From a cyanobacterium endosymbiont of Epithemia turgida isolate EtSB Lake Yunoko (lineage in GTDB: Bacteria; Cyanobacteriota; Cyanobacteriia; Cyanobacteriales; Microcystaceae): a stretch of DNA of 32,000 nucleotides. The notes below the pieces were generated by a model. It was not told the DNA's origin. It did not search any database and saw only the letters and a program-made list of their open reading frames with translations. The position numbers and the translations under genes were made by a program. Location: contig NZ_AP012549.1 of the NCBI RefSeq assembly GCF_000829235.1, forward strand, positions 2,190,001 to 2,222,000. Direction: 5' to 3'. Shown here piece by piece: positions 18,798-28,181 of this stretch (its first letter is position 1; the number at the start of each line of letters is the position of its first letter).

Positions 18798-19604
18798 TTA
18801 AGTTGTTGCCCAAAATCTGATAACATACCAGAGGGCTTTTACCCCATCTGTCCAATTAATTTTTTTACCTTCAGCATAAGATCGCCCATAATAAGAAACT
18901 CCTGCTTCATATAAACGCCAACGACGGTGAGACTTAGCTACCTTAACAGTGAACTCTACTTCAAAACCGAAGTCATTACAATTCAACTTTATATCATCCA
19001 AGACTTCCCTTCGGAACATTTTTGTACAAACTTCAATATCTGTTAAAGTCGTGTTACAGAGTAAATTAATAAAGTTAGAAATAACTTGATTACCTAAGAG
19101 GTGGTAAAAATATAAAACCCGATGAGGTTCACCATAAAAGCGAGATCCATAAACTACATCAGCCCACCCTTCCTCAATTAATCGCCACATCCGTTTCCAG
19201 TCTTGGGGATCATATTCTAAGTCAGCATCCTGAATCAAAATTACTTCTCCTCTAGCGGCTTTAAACCCTGTTCGTAAGGCAGCTCCTTTACCTTGATTAC
19301 GTTTATGGAAGATCACTTGAGCACTAACAGACAAGGAGTCAGAAGGTGTTACTTCTGGTCGAAGATGATGAGTTTCGCATTTGATCACTATTAATCGTTG
19401 ATTACTATCAAGTTCAATTTTCACCCTTTGGCTATTTGCTTGGACAAAAGTTCGTTCTAACCATTCTTTAGTTCCATCAGTCGATCCATCATCAACTAGA
19501 ACAATTTCTTTAGAAATCCCTGGAAGTGCTTGAACTACTTTGGTTAAAGCACTTTCTATAGTATGAATTTCATTGTAAACAGGAATAACAATCGATAATT
19601 TCAT
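18798..19604 (-). CDS. Family 2 glycosyltransferase
   Basis: The ORF is open to 19631. The ATG at 19604 is preceded by GAGGAG 7 nt upstream and gives MKLSIVIPVYNE... GT-A motifs are VDDGSTDGT and QDADLEYDP. Confidence 0.88.
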   Translation of the reverse strand: MKLSIVIPVYNEIHTIESALTKVVQALPGISKEIVLVDDGSTDGTKEWLERTFVQANSQRVKIELDSNQRLIVIKCETHHLRPEVTPSDSLSVSAQVIFHKRNQGKGAALRTGFKAARGEVILIQDADLEYDPQDWKRMWRLIEEGWADVVYGSRFYGEPHRVLYFYHLLGNQVISNFINLLCNTTLTDIEVCTKMFRREVLDDIKLNCNDFGFEVEFTVKVAKSHRRWRLYEAGVSYYGRSYAEGKKINWTDGVKALWYVIRFWATT

Positions 19605-20496
19605 AAGAGATCTCCTCGAACACCTTTTCAATGGTTAATTTTATCTATTGACCTAACTTTACTCTTTTTTTCTCCTTGCTTATACCAATTTATCTTTAGT
19701 TATTGCAAGGCTTCTAAGAATTTGGGGTGAGTCAATTAAATTTAATAAATCAAGTTCAATTATAGACATTAGTTACCCTGACATATACTGTCATCATAGT
19801 GAAAAAAGTTTTTCAAAGTCAGGTTTTGACAGCTAACTATACTGAGATATCTCAAACATTAGTATAGATTAAATAATCTTGTGAAGTTACACAGAATGGC
19901 AAACTTACATTACTCAAGAATATATAAATTTAGATTATTTCTACAAAGTAGAATTTTATTAACGAGTTTCACTAATTTTCACTTCATCTCTTGTTGACCA
20001 AAATTAATTGATTAAAGTTTATAATTAATAAAAAATCTTTAAAAATTTATTTAGTAATATATCTTCAGTCTCTAAATAATTTATTTATTAAACCTTGCGT
20101 TAAATCAAAAATAGATTTATGTCTATTTGTGTTACCTTAAATTTAATTCAAAGCAGCTCACCACATTCGTTTATGATCTAATGTAGTAGATTAAATTTTA
20201 AATACTATTTCACATAATTGAATGCTAATTATTGAAGCAATTTAATTAAATTTTTGAAAGCTAAATGTATATAATGACGAGATTAATGACATATTTCTAT
20301 CAAAGTAAGTTTTATTAAACTTATTACTATTATTTACAAGTTAGTGATGAATAGAATATTAGCATTCTCATATCAGGCATAAACTTTATAAAATAAAAAA
20401 AAATAACTATATCAATAAATATTTTTTAAAAAAAAATTAACCATGATATTTAAAATTTCAATATTTTGATTAATTACAAGCAATTGTAGTAATTTT

Positions 20497-20553
20497 AATT
20501 TATATTATTTTTACATAAAAATGGTATTTTTTTATGTAAAAATAATATAAATT
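20497..20553. repeat. Perfect palindrome in a gene desert (25-bp arms, 7-nt loop)
   Basis: 20497-20521 (aatttatattatttttacataaaaa) is the exact reverse complement of 20529-20553 (tttttatgtaaaaataatataaatt). The loop is tggtatt. Confidence 0.95.
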
Positions 20554-22119
20554 TAAAAAAATCACAGTAGTATTTTTATGTTTAATAGGAATTATATAGA
20601 TTATCAAAGATTTTATTAAGATCAATATCTAGTTTTATGTCTATACCACCAAACCTTAATAAGGGTGATTTATGATATAAAGCTACTGCTTTCTTTTCTC
20701 TCTATTTCTGTATAGTTAATATTTAAAAATATATTTTTGAACTAAAATTTAAATAAATTAGCTAAAACAATTAACACTTTATAGATTTTTGTTGAAGCTG
20801 TATTTCACTAAAAAATATATCAAAAATAATTTAAATTAAATTTATTAAAAATAGTATAAATACTCCTATAATTAAGTTTATTTTTTTAAAAAAATTACTT
20901 CAAATAATGCTCATTTATTTGACTAAAGTGAACCGGATAACGACTATACTCAAAAGAAAATCTAAAACAATGACTGTAGCTAATTTAGGCAAAGTATCTA
21001 TAATACCCCGTTGGGTATAGGTAATATTCTCATTAATAGCTACTACCATAATTAAGTCTAAATCACACATAATTAAGCTAAATTAACTGGTAATTATTTT
21101 ATTAATTACTGACAATTATTTTTGGATAAAAACTATTGACATTATTGATCAATAAGGCAATAAGGTAAGCATTATTTTTTCCTAGAAATCGCATTATATT
21201 GATACTATTGAACAATATAAATACAAATTATTACTAATGCTAATTAATTTAATTTATTTATGTTTATTTTAATTTAAAATTAATTTTTTAATAAAAAATA
21301 TTTAAAAAATATACTATTCACTAGTATTTTATCGCTGAATGTTTTTAAAAATTTTAATAACAAGTTATTTAAGATTTATTAAACTTAATAAGTTATGATT
21401 AGCCTCTTTATAAGAATTGCTATTTTTAATATTTAGTATATTTATTGAAAATTTAAGTTACCTATACAGTCTATTGTCCGCAATCAGCCTATTTTTTGTA
21501 GTACACATATAATTTTAGCACTATTTTAAGTATTTTTATGTTGTATATTATTACTTTTACTTTTACGTAAAATTTAATTTATATCAAAAAATTTGTATAT
21601 TTATATAACAAAATAAAAAAAATATTGCATTAAAATTGGTAGCTCTTTTTGAAGATTTTTCTCAATAAGAGTAGTTATTAGTTTAACTATTATAATTATT
21701 TACTACTTTACTCCTACACGGTTAAAGAGATTTACTTATATATTTTTATAAAACGGTAAGTTTTTATTGACTTATAATTATTGTTGTATTTAGGTAAAAT
21801 TGTCATAAAAACATAATTTATTACTCTGAGTTAAAACAATTTTTATAATTGCATTATTAATTATAAAACTTTATTATTTAGCATATATAATAGTATATTT
21901 AATTATATTTGCAAGTATTAATTGTTATTTAATATTTAGATTTTATTTAGGTTTAGTAGTCTTACTAAGATGATATGGTTAAGTACTTAATATAGAACAT
22001 AAAATGACTATAAATAAATTTTATTAGATTATTTAGCTACTCTTGTTTTAGTAAATTTTACTCTCTTCTTTTTGTTGTATAGGGTTATATAAAAACAAAT
22101 TTAATTAGGAGTATAACTC

Positions 22120-22406
22120 ATGGATAAACCGACTACTGTTATTTATTCAATTACAGAAGTTCTTAAGTGTATTGACAATAAGTTAGATGGAAATTAAAAG
22201 TAAGTTAATCACAAGTTTAAATTTGATCTAAAAAATGTTATGGATTTAAAGTTGGAAGTAATAACCTAGACTAAGAAATTTAAGAGAATAGATAAGTGAC
22301 TATAAAAAGTACAAAAAACTTAATAAATTAAGTTTGGGCGTTAATTATTTTTTTGTTCTGTGCCATTCTTACTGCTACTAGATTATTTTTCAAGGACAAT
22401 TGTTAA
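22120..22406 (+). pseudogene. Possible decayed small coiled-coil/C-terminal TM protein gene
   Basis: An AGGAG motif lies 9 nt upstream of the ATG at 22120. The reading MDKPTTVIYSITEVLKCIDNKLDGN* is followed by stop-riddled K/L/E-rich reading. In another frame there is a clean hydrophobic tail, VWALIIFLFCAILTATRLFFKDNC*, ending at 22406. This is pattern only, with no family assignment. Confidence 0.3.
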
Positions 22407-22572
22407 CCAACAAAGCGTGATCTGATATTTCAGATTATCTTTAATATAAGATTCAAAGGTGACATTATCAATGATAATAAATAAAATATAGAGAAAAAAA
22501 CTTATTTTAAATAAATTAACTTGTTGACTTGGAGTTTTAAAAAAACAATAGTAACTCTTTCTGATTCTTTCT

Positions 22573-24705
22573 ATGATGATGTCTCAATCTAACTCTCTTG
22601 AACAGTCCTTAAAACATTTTTTTGGTTATGATAGGTTTCGTCCTGGACAAGCAAATATTATCGAAGAAGCCCTAGAAAATCATGACTTATTAGTAATTAT
22701 GCCGACAGGAGGAGGGAAGTCCCTTTGTTTTCAACTGCCTGCATTACTTAAACCTGGTCTAAGTGTGGTAGTCTCCCCCTTAATTGCTCTAATGCAAGAT
22801 CAAGTAGACACTCTGTTAGATAATGGCATTGGGGCAACTTTTCTCAATAGTAGTCTCAGTTCTCAAGAAATACGGTCTCGTGAACAAGCACTTGTTCAGG
22901 GGAAAATAAAACTGCTGTATGTCGCACCAGAAAGATTATTAAATGAGAAATTTGCCCCTTTTTTAGGTTTTATTTCTCAAAAAATTGGGATTTCTGCTTT
23001 CGCAATTGATGAAGCTCATTGTGTGTCTGAATGGGGGCATGATTTCCGTCCTGAATACCGACAACTAAAACAACTTCGTAAATGCTATCCTCAAGTTCCT
23101 ATGTTTGCTTTAACTGCAACAGCTACCAAGCGGGTACAAGAAGATATCATCAAGCAGTTAGGATTAAGACAGCCAAGAATTCATATTACTAGTTTTAATC
23201 GTCCGAACCTTTACTACGATGTAAAACCTAAAAAACCTAACAACTATAACACATTATTGTCCTATATTCGTGAACAAAAAGGGACAGGAATTGTATATTG
23301 TCTCAGTCGTCGTTCAGTAGATGAAATTGCCTTTTATTTACAAAATGATGGAATTGATGCTTTACCCTATCATGCAGGAATGGATGATCAGACAAGACGC
23401 TTAAATCAACACCGTTTTATTCGAGATAATGTACAAGTGATAGTAGCAACTATTGCCTTTGGAATGGGCATTAATAAACCTGATGTTCGCTTCGTTATTC
23501 ATTATGATTTACCTCGTAATTTAGAGGGTTATTATCAAGAGTCAGGACGGGCAGGAAGGGATGGAGAACCAGCCAAGTGTATCTTGTTTTTTAGTTTATC
23601 TGACGTCAAAAGAATTGAATATATAATTAATCAAAAAACTTCTTATCAAGAACGAAAAGTATCCCGTCAGCAGTTACGTCAAGTAGTAGACTATGCTGAA
23701 GGTGTTGACTGTCGTCGCACCATTGTTTTACGATATTTTGGGGAAAGATTTTTAGGAAACTGTGGTAACTGTGACAATTGTCTTAACCCAAAACCTATAG
23801 AAGACTGGACAATTGAAGCACAAAAATTTCTTTCTTGTGTTATACGTTGTAATGAAAAATTTGGCATGACTCATATTATCGATGTCTTACGGGGATCGAA
23901 AAAGCGTAAAATAGAACAATATGGTCATCATCTTTTGTCAACTTATAGTATTGGAAAAGACAAAAGTTTAGCTGAATGGAAAATGCTCGGACGATCTTTA
24001 ATTCACCAAAATTTATTAGATGAAACTAGCGATGGATTTTCTGTATTAAAACTTAACGAACGGAGTTGGGAAATTTTAAAAAAACAGAGAAAGGTAAATA
24101 TTCCAGTTAGTCAAAAATCATCCTTAAAAATTTTAATAGATAATAAATATGGGGCTACTGAAACTGAGTTTCTCTTTGATCGATTAAGAGATTTAAGGAA
24201 GCAGTTAGCAGACAATAGTAATATAGCTCCATATGTCATTTTTTCTGATTTAAGTTTAAAATTGATGGCACAATTAAAACCCCAAAATTTAAAAGAATTC
24301 TCTAGAATTTCCGGAGTAACTGACTTCAAAACAAATCAATATGGAGAAAAATTTTTATCAGAAATTATGTTATTTGTTCGAGAACAAGCTTCTCTAAATC
24401 CTTTAGCAAGTTCAAGTAATATGATAACTTTACAGCTATACCAACAAGGATTAGAGCCGGTGGAAATTGCTAAGATACGAGGGTTGAAAGAAAGTACAAT
24501 TTATTCTCACCTCTCGGAATTAATTGAAGAAAGACAACCAGTAGATATCAATAAATTGGTTTTTCCAGTCAAACAAGATATTATTATTCAAGCCATTAAG
24601 AAAATTGGGGATGGCACCCTAACTCCTATTAAAGAATATTTAGGAGATCATTACAGCTACAGTGAGATTAAATTAGTTAGAGCTTGGTATCGAAGTAAAC
24701 AATAA
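22573..24705 (+). CDS. recQ: ATP-dependent DNA helicase RecQ
   Basis: Complete 710-aa ORF. Helicase motifs are [68 protein letters not shown] and [10 protein letters not shown]. Also present are the Zn-binding CRR..CGNCDNC, an HRDC region ([13 protein letters not shown]) and a C-terminal HTH-like extension. Confidence 0.95.
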   Translation: MMMSQSNSLEQSLKHFFGYDRFRPGQANIIEEALENHDLLVIMPTGGGKSLCFQLPALLKPGLSVVVSPLIALMQDQVDTLLDNGIGATFLNSSLSSQEIRSREQALVQGKIKLLYVAPERLLNEKFAPFLGFISQKIGISAFAIDEAHCVSEWGHDFRPEYRQLKQLRKCYPQVPMFALTATATKRVQEDIIKQLGLRQPRIHITSFNRPNLYYDVKPKKPNNYNTLLSYIREQKGTGIVYCLSRRSVDEIAFYLQNDGIDALPYHAGMDDQTRRLNQHRFIRDNVQVIVATIAFGMGINKPDVRFVIHYDLPRNLEGYYQESGRAGRDGEPAKCILFFSLSDVKRIEYIINQKTSYQERKVSRQQLRQVVDYAEGVDCRRTIVLRYFGERFLGNCGNCDNCLNPKPIEDWTIEAQKFLSCVIRCNEKFGMTHIIDVLRGSKKRKIEQYGHHLLSTYSIGKDKSLAEWKMLGRSLIHQNLLDETSDGFSVLKLNERSWEILKKQRKVNIPVSQKSSLKILIDNKYGATETEFLFDRLRDLRKQLADNSNIAPYVIFSDLSLKLMAQLKPQNLKEFSRISGVTDFKTNQYGEKFLSEIMLFVREQASLNPLASSSNMITLQLYQQGLEPVEIAKIRGLKESTIYSHLSELIEERQPVDINKLVFPVKQDIIIQAIKKIGDGTLTPIKEYLGDHYSYSEIKLVRAWYRSKQ

Positions 24706-25264
24706 TTTTGACACTCTTAGATAATTCTAAAAACAAACTATTTTTGCTGGACCTATGTTATTCAATTGCTAGGGGGTTTCCTGATAGTATATTTTTTCCA
24801 AAAGGATAGCAAAGAAACTTATTGATATTTAGGTTCCGATTTTTTGGGAAAATCTCATTCTTTTGATCGTAAGAATTGATAAGCAATCCTATCTTCAGAA
24901 TACTGGTCAGATCTTCTCATATCTCTATCTATAGAAGCTTCAAATTATCGTTTTTAGAATGGAGTTAAATCACAAAGCCAAGACACAGGGAAAAAATTTT
25001 TCTCCTGTTTGGGTGTCTGACTATTACAATGCTCTAGGTTAGACAACTTCCAATACTTTTAAAACTTACTTCACAAATCACCTCTCAGAGAGATTAAAAG
25101 ATGTTATCTAACAACAGATTAATCTATAAACTTTTCGTGTCATTTATCAGATAACTAAAAAATTTTAAAGTTTTTATTGTTGAGAAATATTTGGAAACTA
25201 ATTTATCAAATAAACCTTTTAACTTTTAATAGTAAATTACTTTTTTATTATCAGAATCAGTAAC

Positions 25265-25675
25265 TTACAATATACCCTCACCATCTTGAATCTTAATAGA
25301 AAAATTGGCTACTAATATATTTTTAGATTGAAAGTAATTTAGTTTATTATGTGACGTTTTTTCAAATTTTTTTTTCTTAGTTTTTTCTGATGATAGCTTA
25401 GAATCTGATTTCTTTTCTTGAGAATGAATATGATCATAAACCTTGATTAAGATCATTTTCTCGTCAACCGGTTCAAATTCAGTGGGTCTAGTGGATGATT
25501 TTTTTATTTTTGTTAATTTTTTAGCTGGATTAGCAGTTGGTTGATCAACCCCCTGTAGAGCTTTATATCCAACTTTATAAGCAATATAAGCACTGGCTGT
25601 ACTAACTCCAGACATAGCCAACAAAAGTGGTATAGTCCATTTAATGGTAGAACCAATTGAGATTTTCATAATCAA
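25265..25675 (-). CDS. Hypothetical membrane-anchored, Lys-rich protein (possibly the truncated 5' part of a larger gene)
   Basis: 136-aa ORF with one N-terminal hydrophobic helix (WTIPLLLAMSGVSTASAYIAY) followed by a K/S/E-rich low-complexity region. No recognisable motif. The frame continues after the stop as VTDSDNKKVIYY*. Confidence 0.45.
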   Translation of the reverse strand: MIMKISIGSTIKWTIPLLLAMSGVSTASAYIAYKVGYKALQGVDQPTANPAKKLTKIKKSSTRPTEFEPVDEKMILIKVYDHIHSQEKKSDSKLSSEKTKKKKFEKTSHNKLNYFQSKNILVANFSIKIQDGEGIL

Positions 25676-25816
25676 TAATTAAGTCAATATATCAAAAAAC
25701 GAAAGAAAAACCTTGAACAACGCTGACCCTGAACCCCTATGCGAGCTATAATAAAGGTATGCTCTAACAATAAGCAAGTCAACCAAGCAATCGACTTCTT
25801 ATAAATTAGGAGACAC

Positions 25817-25889
25817 CCAGGGTTGGCCGAGCGGTTGAGGCAGCAAACTCATAATTTGCCCAAGGCAGGTTCAACTCCTGCACCCTGGA
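25817..25889 (+). tRNA. tRNA with CAU anticodon, most like tRNA-Ile2 (lysidine) rather than initiator or elongator Met
   Basis: 73-nt cloverleaf. The parts are acceptor CCAGGGT/ACCCTGG, D-arm GCCG-AGCGGTTG-AGGC, anticodon stem GCAAA/TTTGC with loop CTCATAA, variable loop CCAAG, T-arm GCAGG-TTCAACT-CCTGC, and discriminator A. No CCA is encoded. The anticodon stem lacks the initiator GGG/CCC pairs, and C1-G72 is paired. The D-loop, anticodon arm and T-loop resemble plastid trnI-CAU as I remember it. Confidence 0.85.
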
Positions 25890-25892
25890 CTT

Positions 25893-25908
25893 AAACCCTT
25901 TTGGGTTT
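25893..25908 (+). terminator. Small hairpin immediately 3' of the tRNA
   Basis: AAACCC-TTTT-GGGTTT begins 4 nt after the tRNA discriminator. The stem is weak and there is no separate U-tract. Confidence 0.3.
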
Positions 25909-26429
25909 CTGAGAAATAATCGGGGTTTGTTACATATATGATGTTACTTTTAGCATAAAAATAGTTGGTTTATAGATATAGATCAGGAGAAGCTATACTG
26001 TACCAAAGTATTAACAATATTGGGTATATTTAAGGCAAGGGTCTACAAATCTGTAATTTTCTACCTTAAAGCATCCCAGTATACAGTTCCAAAAGTTTTG
26101 TAATTGTTAATTTTAAATTATATTTTTTTACGCCTGATAAAATTTAGTTGATGGAAGAAGTATTCCGTAATTGTTCAATACTCTAAATTTGTTGTGAGGT
26201 TGTTTAATAATCCTAAAATTAAACGTAAGATCGGTCCAGAGAATTTTACCTCATCAAAAGTATGGTTCAATAAAAGATTGACTCATAGATTTAGTTGTCA
26301 AGGATTTTGGCTAGGACATGGCTTAATTGTAGCAAAAGTTTAAGCTATAGACTTAAGTGTTTAACTTTTAAGTCGCAACATTCGGATCTAAAGACATCAT
26401 TGTTAATAATTTTTCCTTAGGCTTTTGTT

Positions 26430-27035
26430 ATGCAATCTAATTCTATCAATACCTTTTGTGTCAAAATAGCTGATTTATCTATATTGCGTCAATATCTTTT
26501 AAACTTATTCATTGATCATGCCTACGCTGAAGGTGATTTTTTATTATCGTCCCAACAAAAAAGTACCTACTATATCAATGGAAAACAAGTAACCCTAAGA
26601 GCTGAGGGGGCTGTGATGATTGGTCGATTATTATTATCCATGCTACCTGAAGATACCCAGGGAGTGGCAGGGCTAACTTTGGGAGCCGATCCCATTGTTA
26701 CTAGTGTCAGTACGGTTTCTGCCTATGAAAACCGTCCTATTTCTGCTTTAATCGTCCGTAAAGAAGCTAAAGGACATGGGACACAAGCTTATATTGAGGG
26801 TCCAACCCTCGAAGATGGAGCTAAGGTTGTGGTCTTAGAAGATGTAGTAACTACAGGTAAATCTGTTATGCTAGCGGTGGAACGGTTGCGGGCTGTAGGT
26901 TATAAAGTTGATAGAGTCATTGCTCTCATTGATCGTGAACAAGGGGGGGCTGTTCGTTGTGAGTCCCAAGGACTGGATTTTAAAGCTGTCTTTTCAATTA
27001 CAGAACTTCAGAAAATTTATAGAAAAAAATTCTAA
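26430..27035 (+). CDS. pyrE: Orotate phosphoribosyltransferase
   Basis: Complete 201-aa ORF. It has the PRPP-binding motif VVVLEDVVTTGKS, an upstream RKEAKGHGT loop and the cyanobacterial-type N-terminal extension. Confidence 0.93.
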   Translation: MQSNSINTFCVKIADLSILRQYLLNLFIDHAYAEGDFLLSSQQKSTYYINGKQVTLRAEGAVMIGRLLLSMLPEDTQGVAGLTLGADPIVTSVSTVSAYENRPISALIVRKEAKGHGTQAYIEGPTLEDGAKVVVLEDVVTTGKSVMLAVERLRAVGYKVDRVIALIDREQGGAVRCESQGLDFKAVFSITELQKIYRKKF

Positions 27036-27120
27036 TAGTGAATGGTCATATAATTGACAGTGCAATATCAAGGTTAAGATGGAAACAAAGAAATACAAAC
27101 GAAAGGAGTATAAATTGTCC

Positions 27121-27552
27121 ATGCGGATATTGCACACCATGCTGCGGGTTAATAACCTGAACAAGTCACTCAAGTTTTATTGCGATATTTTAGGGATGAA
27201 ATTGCTGCGCCAGAAAGATTATCCAAACGGCAAGTTTACTCTAGCCTTTGTAGGATATGGAAATGAGTCTGAAAAGACGGTCATTGAATTAACCTATAAT
27301 TGGGGTGTGGATTCCTACGAGCTCGGAAATGCCTACGGACATATTGCCCTAGGAGTTAATGATATCTATCAAACCTGCGAAAAAATCCGAGAACTTGGAG
27401 GAAATATTACCCGCGAACCAGGACCAATGAAACATGGTTCAACAGTCATTGCTTTTGTTGAAGATCCCACTGGTTATAAAATTGAGTTAATTCAATTAAG
27501 TTCCCACAGTTCAACTCAAAAAGAAACCTCTTTAGGAGATACTAACCCTTAA
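27121..27552 (+). CDS. gloA: Lactoylglutathione lyase (glyoxalase I)
   Basis: The ORF is open from 27079. The ATG at 27121 is preceded by AAGGAG (27103-27108) and gives [13 protein letters not shown]... The Ni/Zn GloA pattern is present: [21 protein letters not shown] and IELIQ. Confidence 0.92.
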   Translation: MRILHTMLRVNNLNKSLKFYCDILGMKLLRQKDYPNGKFTLAFVGYGNESEKTVIELTYNWGVDSYELGNAYGHIALGVNDIYQTCEKIRELGGNITREPGPMKHGSTVIAFVEDPTGYKIELIQLSSHSSTQKETSLGDTNP

Positions 27553-27641
27553 TAACAATTGATAAATCGTTTTAGGTTTTTGCGTAAGGTGGGCAATACC
27601 ACCCCTCAGGTCAGGTGAGGGAGTTTCTTGTATTGCTTGTT

Positions 27642-27725
27642 GTCCGGATACTTTTTTTGATATTTTCGTTATAACTCTTAGTGTTTGTTCTCCGGACTCA
27701 CTCCCCACCTTATAAGTGGGTTTTT
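27642..27725 (+). ncRNA. Candidate small structured RNA or 3'-UTR element with a Yfr1-like motif
   Basis: A 7-bp stem, GTCCGGA (27642-27648) with TCCGGAC (27691-27697), is followed by a single-stranded C-rich tract TCACTCCCCAC. That tract contains ACTCCCCAC, 8 of 9 identical to the ACUCCUCAC core of the cyanobacterial Yfr1 motif as I recall it. A terminator-like hairpin plus TTTTT follows. The candidate is a GC-rich island in AT-rich surroundings. Confidence 0.3.
27704..27725 (+). terminator. Rho-independent-terminator-like hairpin downstream of gloA
   Basis: CCCAC-CTTATAA-GTGGG followed by TTTTT. The 5-bp stem is short. Its 5' half can alternatively pair with TAAGGTGGG at 27585-27593. Confidence 0.35.
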
Positions 27726-27806
27726 ACAACTGGATCTAATATTATTAATATAGTTTCCACGATAAAAAACAAAACTTTTAGTTTTTGTCAACCATTAGAC
27801 ACTTGA

Positions 27807-28181
27807 TTATTCATTACGTTGATACTCTTTAAGAAAGTCTATTAAAGTTGCCTGACATTGGGTCAGTAACAAATCTATTAGAAAAACTTCTAGATTTTCT
27901 CCTCCTAAAGGTACCTTGATATTACGAAGAATAGATAAGACTTTGTCTTCGCTTAATTCGTAGTTTTCTATGAGAGGATAGACCCTTTCCGCCACCTTGG
28001 TATAGAAATGAGCTTCTGCAAGATAAAGATGTTATTTTGTAATATCGATATAGATATTTTCATCAATTTTGGCAGCGAGAGTTTCAATTACTTGGGTAGT
28101 AATGAAATTAGCGATAAGATTCTTTAGAATGCTCAGCGACCACCTTAATATTAAGTGAGATGACCTAACAACTAATAATAT
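27807..28181 (-). pseudogene. Interrupted ORF of unknown family
   Basis: Track ORF 27807-27995 starts at a GTG. The same frame is open upstream except for one TAA at 28032-28034: ..WSLSILKNLIANFITTQVIETLAAKIDENIYIDITK*HLYLAEAHFYTKVAERVYPLIENYELSEDKVL... I found no recognisable motif. Confidence 0.35.

Noticed and set aside
19632-22572. AT-rich desert as a replication origin
   Set aside because: I found no cluster of DnaA boxes (TTATCCACA / TTTTCCACA or complements). Only isolated one-mismatch matches occur elsewhere (for example near 6170 and within clpB). No dnaA or dnaN lies nearby.
25724-25752. Sigma70-like promoter (TGACCC-17 nt-TATAAT) about 65 nt upstream of the CAU tRNA
   Set aside because: It is plausible, but TATAAT-like hexamers are ubiquitous in this A+T-rich DNA. 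There is not enough support to report it as a feature.
26150-26342. Start-less open frame (WKKYSVIVQYSKFVVRLFNNPKIKRKIGPENFTSSKVWFNKRLTHRFSCQGFWLGHGLIVAKV*) upstream of pyrE, considered as a transposase/HTH remnant
   Set aside because: It has no start codon, and I could not recognise any motif. It could be a decayed gene fragment, but I cannot support a call.
27604-27625. SRP (4.5S/ffs) RNA, prompted by AGGTCAGGT resembling the helix-8 5' strand
   Set aside because: The obligatory continuation (CCGGAAGGAAGCAGC with a GGAA tetraloop) is absent. A 9-nt match is expected by chance at appreciable frequency in 2 x 32 kb.
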